Below, in pieces: positions 56,707 through 64,000 of a stretch of DNA of 64,000 bases. A model generated the notes under the pieces. It was not told the origin of the DNA. It was given only the letters and a program-made list of their open reading frames with translations, and did not search any database. This DNA is from Thermodesulfobacteriota bacterium (GTDB lineage Bacteria > Desulfobacterota > Desulfobacteria > Desulfobacterales > SURF-7). The position numbers and the translations under genes were made by a program. The stretch spans positions 96,001 to 160,000 of the forward strand of contig JBMORA010000064.1 in assembly GCA_049320885.1 (NCBI GenBank), written 5' to 3'. Numbering within the stretch: the stretch's first letter is position 1; every line of letters begins with the position of its first letter.

Positions 56707-57444
56707 TTATAAACTAAATTCCTCTCCGAGATAGAACTGCCGCGCGATTTTACTTTCGGCGATCTTTTCCGGCGGTCCGGATTCAATGACGTTGCCGTTG
56801 TTCATGATGTAGGCCGTACTGCAAACTCCAAGGGTTTCACGGACATTGTGGTCAGAAATGAGTACCCCGATGCCGCGGCCCGTTAAATGCTGAATAATAT
56901 GGCGAATATCGATAATGGCCAACGGATCGACACCGGCAAAAGGCTCATCCAGGAGAATGAACGAAGGCTCGGTGGCCAGAACACGTGAAATTTCAAGCCG
57001 CCTTCTTTCTCCGCCCGATAGCAGTCGGGCCTTGCGGTCCGACAAGCGTTTGATGCCAAGTTCATCCAGCAGGCTATTCGTCCTGTTTTCCCGAACCGTT
57101 TCGGGTAACGGGAGGTTCTCAAGAATTAACATGATATTTTCTTTGACGGTCAGTTTTTTAAAAACCGAAACCTCTTGGGGTAAATACCCCAGCCCTTTTC
57201 GAGCCCTTTGATACATGGGCATGTTGGTGATATCCGCTCCATCCAAAAGCACCCGGCCGCTGTCGGCTTTGATCATACCGATGGCCATGTAGAATGTCGT
57301 TGTTTTCCCGGCCCCGTTCGGACCGAGCAACCCGACGACTTCGCTGCTCTTTACCTCCAGGCTGACGGAATCCACGACCCGTTTGCCGTGGTAGGTTTTG
57401 ACGAGGTTTTCCAATCGAAGGACGGGCATTGCTGTTGCGGTCAC
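56707..57444 (-). CDS. lptB: LPS export ABC ATPase
   Basis: GPNGAGKTT, YLPQE, LSGGERRRLEI, LDEPFAGVDP, DHNVRETL. Confidence 0.96.
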   Translation of the reverse strand: MTATAMPVLRLENLVKTYHGKRVVDSVSLEVKSSEVVGLLGPNGAGKTTTFYMAIGMIKADSGRVLLDGADITNMPMYQRARKGLGYLPQEVSVFKKLTVKENIMLILENLPLPETVRENRTNSLLDELGIKRLSDRKARLLSGGERRRLEISRVLATEPSFILLDEPFAGVDPLAIIDIRHIIQHLTGRGIGVLISDHNVRETLGVCSTAYIMNNGNVIESGPPEKIAESKIARQFYLGEEFSL

Positions 57445-57986
57445 TTCATCCCGTTTTTACCGCCACCAAACGTGGCTTCCGCTTGCGCTTTTTCACTTCC
57501 AACGACATCCATCTTCCCATTGGCCCTGTTGATCATGATTTTTTCCCCTTTGATGGAGTCGTTTCCGCTACGGATTTCGACTTGTTCACCGGTCAGAACA
57601 AACATGCTGTCATTGGCACTATATACCGCCTGATCCGCGACTGCAACCCTGTTATCGATATGGATGCGAACTCCCCCGATGGCGATTATCTTACGGACGG
57701 CCTGTTCCTGCATTCCCTCCGTTCCTTCCGCCGCCAGGTTTTTTTCATAGTGCACGGTCAATCGATCCGCCTGGATGACCATATCCCCCTGGGAAGCCTT
57801 GACATCGCCGTTGAATTCCGCCGTCATGTTCTGGGTGTCGATCGTCAGCGTGTTGGAACGAATATGTATCTTGTCGGATACTCGGCCGTCGGCTTCGGTG
57901 GCGCCGGCCCAAAACGGGTTCACGCTGGATGAAAAGGAATACAGAACGAATGTGAACAGAAAAATGGCCGGAAACAGTCTATTCAT
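57441..57986 (-). CDS. lptA: LPS transport periplasmic protein LptA
   Basis: Signal peptide, OstA-like beta-jellyroll (FNGDVKASQG..IQAD), position between lptC and lptB. Confidence 0.88.
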   Translation of the reverse strand: MNRLFPAIFLFTFVLYSFSSSVNPFWAGATEADGRVSDKIHIRSNTLTIDTQNMTAEFNGDVKASQGDMVIQADRLTVHYEKNLAAEGTEGMQEQAVRKIIAIGGVRIHIDNRVAVADQAVYSANDSMFVLTGEQVEIRSGNDSIKGEKIMINRANGKMDVVGSEKAQAEATFGGGKNGMK

Positions 57987-58554
57987 GTTGCCCAACTCCC
58001 AGGAGGCCTTCGACATTTCCCTTCAGAACAATCTGATTCGCGTTCACATCAACCAACATGCCGTCCGCTTTGAAATGCATCCAGCCGCTTGAAATTTCAA
58101 CGGGTGTTACTGCTGTGATTATACGACTTTTATGCTGGTATTGCAACTTTTCGGTACGGAGTTCATAGCGGTTTTCGCGTATGACGACATCCCCTATTAC
58201 TTCAAAATCATTATCATTCAATTGCAAATATCCCTGTTTGGCGGTCAAGGATAACCGTCTGTCATCCCGCAAATAAAACGAGACAGCGGGTCCTTCCAGC
58301 TCGGCTGTTTTTCCGCTATCCGAAAGCGTTGCGGATCTGGCGTCCAGTTGCCACTCCTCCACGCCATTACGCGTGGCTATTTGTCGCAGGTTGCGGATTG
58401 TCATGGAGGCCTTTTCGTCAATGGCGGAAAGTAGTTGAACAGGGGGGGCGGATAGATATCGATGCCCGATGAAGATGGAAAATACAAGCCCGCACAGCAG
58501 AATGGAGATACCGCCCAGAATCCAGCGAGCCCGTTTTGAAACCAATGACTGCAT
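57979..58554 (-). CDS. lptC: LPS export periplasmic protein LptC
   Basis: Single N-terminal TM helix, WQLDARSA, LRTEKLQY, synteny. Confidence 0.85.
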   Translation of the reverse strand: MQSLVSKRARWILGGISILLCGLVFSIFIGHRYLSAPPVQLLSAIDEKASMTIRNLRQIATRNGVEEWQLDARSATLSDSGKTAELEGPAVSFYLRDDRRLSLTAKQGYLQLNDNDFEVIGDVVIRENRYELRTEKLQYQHKSRIITAVTPVEISSGWMHFKADGMLVDVNANQIVLKGNVEGLLGVGQHE

Positions 58555-58557
58555 TTT

Positions 58558-59082
58558 TTAAACCAGAAATGACTCGCAAAGGGAATTCCACATGCCTTTG
58601 GCAACCAGAATTGCTTCACAGACTTCCCGCACCGCACCCTTCCCTCCGGAGGCCCGGGTGGTCATATGCGCATGTTCACGGACAAGTTCATGGCCGTCGC
58701 CAACAGCGACGGCCAGACCCACTTTTTTCATGATCGGAAGGTCCGGAAGATCATCGCCGACAAAGGCAATGCGACTTTCAGAAACTCCGGTCAGCTCCAT
58801 GATCCGGGGGAGCAGAGCGGCTTTATCCTTCACGCCGTCAAACAGGAGGGCGATGCCAAGATCATCACATCGGTGGCGCAGGGCCATGGAGGATCTGCCG
58901 GTGACAATTCCGACTTGAACGCCGGATTTCATCAGCAGGCGGATTCCGAAACCATCCTTTACGTTGAAGGTTTTTGTTTCGTTTTTGGCATCATCATATA
59001 CAATACTGCCGTCCGTCAGTACGCCGTCCACATCCAGTAGTACCAATTCAATTGATTTCAGCTTTTCATCCGTCAGGTCCAT
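58558..59082 (-). CDS. kdsC: KDO-8-phosphate phosphatase
   Basis: LDVDGVLTDG, GDDLPD, GGKGAVRE. Confidence 0.95.
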   Translation of the reverse strand: MDLTDEKLKSIELVLLDVDGVLTDGSIVYDDAKNETKTFNVKDGFGIRLLMKSGVQVGIVTGRSSMALRHRCDDLGIALLFDGVKDKAALLPRIMELTGVSESRIAFVGDDLPDLPIMKKVGLAVAVGDGHELVREHAHMTTRASGGKGAVREVCEAILVAKGMWNSLCESFLV

Positions 59083-59924
59083 AATGGTTCTCTTCCTGCT
59101 GCTATCCGGATGGATTTTAATGTGACGAGCAGGTTGCCGACATCGCTGAGTCTTATGGAATTGGGGCCATCGCAGAGAGCCTTATCCGGATCCGGATGGA
59201 CTTCCATGAAAATCCCGTCCGCTCCTGCCGCGACAGCGGCTTTGGCCAGAAGCGGCGCGAATTTTCGTTGACCACCCGAGCTGGCGCCTTCACCGCCCGG
59301 TAACTGGACACTGTGGGTGGCGTCAAAGATAACGGGAAAACCTGTTTTTTCCTGCATGATACCGATGCCGCGAAAGTCCACCACCAGATTGTTGTATCCG
59401 AACATGCTTCCCCGTTCTGTGAAAACGAGCTGTCTGTTTCCGGTGGACGTGATTTTTTCTGCGATATTAACAACATCCCAGGGAGCCAAAAACTGTCCCT
59501 TTTTGATGTTCAGCGGTTTGCCGGATTTCGCAGCCGTAAGCACAAAATCCGTCTGGCGGCAGAGAAAAGCCGGTATCTGGAGTATATCCAGAACTTCCAT
59601 CGCAGGTTTGATCTGGTCAACTGTATGAATATCGGAGAGAATTGGAATAGCCAACTCAGACTTGATGTGTCGCAGGATTTGAAGACCTTTTTCTATTCCG
59701 GGACCGCGATAGGAATGGATGGAGGTCCGGTTGGCTTTGTCATAGGATGCTTTAAAAATAAAGGGAATATTCAATTCGTCAGTGAGATCTTTCAATCTCG
59801 CCGCGATTTCATAGGTGATTTCCGGAGTCTCGATCACGCATGGGCCGGCAATCAAAACGAGAGGTTTGCCGTGACCGATGGCAACATTGCCGATTGTTAC
59901 GGAAGCGGGCATATGGTTTTCCAT
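59073..59924 (-). CDS. kdsA: KDO-8-phosphate synthase
   Basis: IAGPCVIE, KASYDKANRTS, QIPAFLCRQT, KKGQF, DATHSVQ. Exact start uncertain (59924 or 59912). Confidence 0.97.
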   Translation of the reverse strand: MENHMPASVTIGNVAIGHGKPLVLIAGPCVIETPEITYEIAARLKDLTDELNIPFIFKASYDKANRTSIHSYRGPGIEKGLQILRHIKSELAIPILSDIHTVDQIKPAMEVLDILQIPAFLCRQTDFVLTAAKSGKPLNIKKGQFLAPWDVVNIAEKITSTGNRQLVFTERGSMFGYNNLVVDFRGIGIMQEKTGFPVIFDATHSVQLPGGEGASSGGQRKFAPLLAKAAVAAGADGIFMEVHPDPDKALCDGPNSIRLSDVGNLLVTLKSIRIAAGREPLWT

Positions 59925-60009
59925 AATTGAGTGCAACCTCTTTGATTATCGTTACATGTTCGGTTTGGTGCAGGTTTTGCGTCCTTTATCATCCGAAAAT
60001 GACTGGTCA

Positions 60010-60038
60010 GGTGTAATGCGGCGGCTGTGAAAAGTCAA
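60010..60038 (-). promoter_or_regulatory. Possible sigma70 promoter TTGACT-17-TACACC for the kdsA operon
   Basis: Minus strand TTGACTtttcacagccgccgcatTACACC. Confidence 0.45.
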
Positions 60039-60112
60039 GGAGTGAAAACTTTGCCTTGATTACACTCATATAAGCTGGTATTGTCCCCCACGATTGTTCG
60101 GCAACCACGGAA

Positions 60113-61504
60113 ATGAAGAGGAACCGGTTGAAACAAAAGGGAAAATTAAGTAAATTCCGTATTTGGGCAGTGGGTGTGGTCGGACTGCTGCTTGTTTCTC
60201 CGCCAGCATGGTTTTTCGTGGAGCGCATGGAAGGCGGGGGGCCCGTGGTAACCCTTGATTGCGCTTCTTCCTATATTAGTGCTGCAGGTGAATATTCCGG
60301 TACCGTATCGGATACCGGCAGAGGGGTTCGCAGACTTCTGATCCAATTGCGACAGGCAGGACGGGAAATCGATCTGTTGAATACGGTTTACCCCGGAGGG
60401 GAATGGTTCCAGGAAGGGGGAACAGCACAGGCGGCTTTCCGTTTCAGGATTGACCTTGAGAAAAACGGGCTTGCCGATGGGCCGGCTTTAATCCGGTTGA
60501 CAGCCTGGGATCATTCCTGGCGTGACTGGGGAAAAGGAAACAGGGCGGATATTGAAAGGCGGATGGTGATCGATACAAAACCGCCCCGGCTGGAAGTCAT
60601 CAGCCGACAGCACAACATTAACCAGGGCGGAGCTGGTCTGGCCGTTTACCGGGTTTCCGAATCCGACACCCGGAACGGTGTCATGGTTGGAGACCATTTT
60701 TTCCCGGGTTACAGCGGGTCTTTCACGGATCCACTTGTTTATTTGGCCTTTTTCGCACTGGATCATCTCCAGGGGCCGGATACAGACATGTTTGTGACGG
60801 CTTCGGATCCGGCCGGTAACAGCGGCAGAGCCGTTTTGCCCCATTATATAAGGAAAAAAAAATTTCGACAGGACACCATCCAGTTGTCGGATGGTTTCTT
60901 GCAGCAGAAGATGCCGGAGTTCAACTCGGCGGCGGAGGTAAGCCGGCAGGAATCCGGTTTGGATAAATTTTTAGCGGTCAACCGTGTGTTACGGGAAAAG
61001 AACGAAAAAGAGCTGACGGCTCTGGCATCCAAGACGGATCCCGTCGTCCGCTGGGACGGGGTGTTTCAGCGTCTGCCGCGTTCGGCTCCCCGGGCCGGTT
61101 TTGCCGATCTCCGCAGTTATGAATACCAGGGAAAGATTGTCGATCGTCAATACCATATGGGACTTGACCTGGCCTCGTTGGCGAATTCTCCCATACCGGC
61201 CGGCAATGCCGGCAAGGTGGTTTTTGCCGGAGTTGTCGGAATCTATGGCAACACCGTCGTGCTGGATCATGGCTGTGGGGTTTTCAGCCTGTATTCCCAT
61301 TTAAGCCAAATGGATGTTACGGAGGGTGATTTGGTGAACAAAGGTCATCCCCTTGGTAAAACAGGAACCACAGGTCTGGCCGGTGGGGATCATCTACATT
61401 ACGCCATGCTGGTGAATACGACTTTTGTCAATCCTATCGAATGGTGGGACGAGTCCTGGATTACAAACAATATTACAAGTAAAATCGAGGAAGCCCAGCC
61501 ATAA
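60113..61504 (+). CDS. M23-family metallopeptidase
   Basis: N-terminal TM helix, HMGLD, YGN, YSHL, TGLAGGDHLH. Confidence 0.92.
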   Translation: MKRNRLKQKGKLSKFRIWAVGVVGLLLVSPPAWFFVERMEGGGPVVTLDCASSYISAAGEYSGTVSDTGRGVRRLLIQLRQAGREIDLLNTVYPGGEWFQEGGTAQAAFRFRIDLEKNGLADGPALIRLTAWDHSWRDWGKGNRADIERRMVIDTKPPRLEVISRQHNINQGGAGLAVYRVSESDTRNGVMVGDHFFPGYSGSFTDPLVYLAFFALDHLQGPDTDMFVTASDPAGNSGRAVLPHYIRKKKFRQDTIQLSDGFLQQKMPEFNSAAEVSRQESGLDKFLAVNRVLREKNEKELTALASKTDPVVRWDGVFQRLPRSAPRAGFADLRSYEYQGKIVDRQYHMGLDLASLANSPIPAGNAGKVVFAGVVGIYGNTVVLDHGCGVFSLYSHLSQMDVTEGDLVNKGHPLGKTGTTGLAGGDHLHYAMLVNTTFVNPIEWWDESWITNNITSKIEEAQP

Positions 61505-61552
61505 GCAGGTGGGCTTTTCCGATAACCCGGATACAAGGAGTGACGGCGGCCG

Positions 61553-62719
61553 ATGGGCAGACAAAACGTCAGCAAAACCTATGAGCAAATAAACGCAAAA
61601 ATTCGTTCCGGGAAGGCGGTGGTTGTCACAGCGGAAGAGATTATCGGTATTGTCAGAGAACATGGAGCCGAGGAAGCCGCCCGTCAAGTGGATGTGGTAA
61701 CCACCGGAACTTTCGCCCCCATGTGTTCGTCCGGGGCCTTTATCAATTTCGGTCACAGTGAACCCGGCATCAAGGCCTCAAAAGTATGGCTGAACAACGT
61801 ACCGGCCTATGGCGGGTTGGCGGCGGTTGATTGCTATATAGGCGCCACCGAGCCTTGCGAGGATGACCCGTTGAACAAGAAATGGCCGGGTGAATTCAAC
61901 TACGGGGGCGGCCATGTCATTCAGGACCTGGTGGCCGGCAAGCCGGTTCATCTGAAGGCTACCGCATACGGGACGTCTTGTTATCCGAATCGTTATGTGG
62001 AAAAGGAAATCCGATTGGCATCCCTCCCCTCCGCTACGCTTTGCAATCCGCGCAATGGATACCAGAATTATAACTGCGCGATCAATATGACCAAAAAAAC
62101 CATTTATACGTATATGGGCACCCTGAAGCCCATGGCTGGCAATGCGAATTACTGTTCCGCGGGCCAACTCAGCCCCTTGCTCAATGATCCTTACTATAAG
62201 ACCATCGGCCTTGGAACCCGGATTTTTCTGGGAGGGGGACAGGGGTATGTGACCTGGCAGGGAACGCAGCATAATCCAGGCGTACCCCGCACGGAGAAAG
62301 GGATCCCCGTCAAGGCGGCCGGTACCCTATGGGTGATGGGTGACCTGAAACAGATGAAACCTGAATGGCTGATGGGGGTGAGTATCCAGGGCTATGGGGT
62401 TTCGTTGGCAGTGGGTCTTGGTATCCCGATCCCAATTCTGAATGCGGAAATGGCTGCCTATACGGCAATAAGCGATGAGGATATTTACACCCAAGTAGTT
62501 GATTATGGACTTGATTATCCTAACGGCATATCCCGTAGCCATGGCCAGGTAAGCTATGCCCAGTTGAAAAGCGGTCAGATCACCATCGATGGCAAAGTGA
62601 TTCCCACAGTGCCTTTATCCAGTATCGTTAAGGCGCGGGAGATCGCAGCAATCCTGAAACGCTGGATAACGGCAGGGGAATTCCTGCTGGGGGAACCGCA
62701 ATTCACTCTGCCGGTGTAA
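61553..62719 (+). CDS. DUF39 homocysteine biosynthesis protein (aspartate-semialdehyde sulfurtransferase, MA1821-like)
   Basis: INAKIRSGKAVVVTAEE, VDVVTTGTFAPMCSSG, YGGGHVI, NPRNGYQNY, GTQH. Confidence 0.85.
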   Translation: MGRQNVSKTYEQINAKIRSGKAVVVTAEEIIGIVREHGAEEAARQVDVVTTGTFAPMCSSGAFINFGHSEPGIKASKVWLNNVPAYGGLAAVDCYIGATEPCEDDPLNKKWPGEFNYGGGHVIQDLVAGKPVHLKATAYGTSCYPNRYVEKEIRLASLPSATLCNPRNGYQNYNCAINMTKKTIYTYMGTLKPMAGNANYCSAGQLSPLLNDPYYKTIGLGTRIFLGGGQGYVTWQGTQHNPGVPRTEKGIPVKAAGTLWVMGDLKQMKPEWLMGVSIQGYGVSLAVGLGIPIPILNAEMAAYTAISDEDIYTQVVDYGLDYPNGISRSHGQVSYAQLKSGQITIDGKVIPTVPLSSIVKAREIAAILKRWITAGEFLLGEPQFTLPV

Positions 62720-62801
62720 GATGCCGCCGTCCGTCCGGGACAGGCAGGGAAAAAATGGCTTAATCGGCTTTTCCGGGAAGCATGAAAGGTGATATACTGA
62801 A

Positions 62802-63449
62802 TTGAAATTAAAAGAGAAAAATGAGAAAACCATTCGACCGCCGAAGAGCCGCCTGCGGGAAAATATCGAGGCGATTCTGGTGGCGGTCATACTGGCCATG
62901 ATCATCCGGACTTTTATTGTTCAGGCTTTCAAGATTCCGTCCGGTTCAATGAAAAACACCCTGTTGATTGGTGATCACATTCTGGTCAATAAGTTTATTT
63001 ATGGTGTCAAGATTCCGTTTTGGGGGGTCACCCTGATCCCTGTTGCCACGCCTCAGAGGGGAGATATCGTTGTTTTTGAATATCCCCGGGATCCGTCCAA
63101 GGATTTTATCAAACGGGTCGTCGGTGTGGCCGGGGATGTCGTTTCCATCCGGGACAAGAAGGTGTTTGTTAACGGAGCCCCTCTGGAAGACGGAGCCTAT
63201 GCCATCCACAGCGATGACCAGCTCCGGGTGGAGAGGGATTTTCTTGAGCCAGTGAAGATTCCACCCAACAGCCTTTTTGTGATGGGCGATAATCGCGACA
63301 ACAGCCATGACAGCCGTTTTTGGGGTTTTGTGGAGCTTTCGGAAGTGAAGGGCAAGGCATTCATCATCTATTGGTCCTGGAACAGCGATAACCAGGATTC
63401 AATTCTGCACTATGTACGTTGGGGTCGTATCGGGCATCTTTTGAAGTAA
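62802..63449 (+). CDS. lepB: Signal peptidase I
   Basis: [36 protein letters not shown]. Confidence 0.96.
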   Translation: MKLKEKNEKTIRPPKSRLRENIEAILVAVILAMIIRTFIVQAFKIPSGSMKNTLLIGDHILVNKFIYGVKIPFWGVTLIPVATPQRGDIVVFEYPRDPSKDFIKRVVGVAGDVVSIRDKKVFVNGAPLEDGAYAIHSDDQLRVERDFLEPVKIPPNSLFVMGDNRDNSHDSRFWGFVELSEVKGKAFIIYWSWNSDNQDSILHYVRWGRIGHLLK

Positions 63450-63463
63450 ATCAGCAGGTGAGC

Positions 63464-64000
63464 ATGGGATTTACACAGAAGCATATTCTGGGAATGGAAT
63501 TTCTGACGGCAGCGGAAATCGGTTTGATTCTGGATACCGCCGACAGCATGAAGGAAATTTCGGAGCGTCCGATCAAAAAAGTGCCAACCTTGCGCGGAAA
63601 GACCATCATTCATTTTTTTTATGAACCCAGTACGCGGACAAGGTTGTCTTTTGATATTGCCGCCAAGCGTCTGAGCGCGGACAGTATCTCTCTTACGGCC
63701 GGCGGCAGCAGCATGGTCAAAGGCGAAACATTGATCGACACAGCCAAAAATCTGGCGGCCATGAAACCGGATATTCTGGTGCTACGCCATTCCTCTTCCG
63801 GAGCCCCGGACTTGGTTGCAAGACATGTGACCGCATCCGTGATCAACGCCGGCGATGGTATGCACGAGCACCCCTCCCAGGCGTTGCTGGATTTGATGAC
63901 AGTAAGGGAGGCCAAGGGGGGGCTATCCGGGCTGAAGATCGCCATCGTCGGGGACATTGCGCACAGCCGGGTGGCCAGATCCGATATTATCGGCTTTACC
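63464..64000 (+). CDS. pyrB: Aspartate carbamoyltransferase catalytic subunit (partial, runs off window end)
   Basis: From ATG 63464: [10 protein letters not shown]...[21 protein letters not shown]...KGETLIDT...[17 protein letters not shown]...[13 protein letters not shown]. Not in the ORF track. Confidence 0.95.
   Translation, partial: MGFTQKHILGMEFLTAAEIGLILDTADSMKEISERPIKKVPTLRGKTIIHFFYEPSTRTRLSFDIAAKRLSADSISLTAGGSSMVKGETLIDTAKNLAAMKPDILVLRHSSSGAPDLVARHVTASVINAGDGMHEHPSQALLDLMTVREAKGGLSGLKIAIVGDIAHSRVARSDIIGFT

Noticed and set aside
1..64000. CRISPR arrays, IS elements, prophage or defence genes
   Set aside because: No regularly spaced repeats and no transposase, integrase, phage or nuclease-type ORFs recognised by eye.

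Overview
A 64-kb chromosomal window of about 55% GC with no CRISPR array, IS element or prophage that I can see. Gene content suggests an anaerobic Desulfobacterota, probably Desulfobacterales (inference from the CooC, RACo/ASKHA and DUF39 genes and the kdsA-kdsC-lptCAB-rpoN-hpf-ptsN-rapZ-EIIA-rimI-gap-tpiA-secG-tRNA-Leu block). The right third is mostly housekeeping. The main discovery candidate is a ~21-kb region (7.9-28.8 kb) that looks like a neutral-lipid (wax ester/TAG) inclusion system. It encodes a WS/DGAT acyltransferase with a C-terminal C3H zinc finger, two tandem long paralogues of cyanobacterial-type acyl-ACP reductase (one with the catalytic Cys changed to Gly), a ferredoxin, a small membrane protein and a Ser alpha/beta hydrolase. 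It also encodes two PhaR-type DNA-binding/phasin hybrids, an apolipoprotein-like 22-mer repeat protein, a phasin, two ABC1/UbiB kinases and an acyl-CoA dehydrogenase, but no PHA synthase. A 17-bp palindrome (ATGACGCAnTGCGTYAT) sits in the same position inside two sigma70 promoters of this region and is a candidate operator. Other points of interest are two orphan solute-binding-protein/histidine-kinase pairs, an arginase plus ArgZ/AgrE-type ornithine cyclodeaminase operon, two near-perfect sigma54 promoters, a divergent FlgT-N-like/FlgP-like pair and a disulfide-oxidoreductase homologue lacking both redox cysteines. All family assignments come from motif recognition by eye; no database searches were run.
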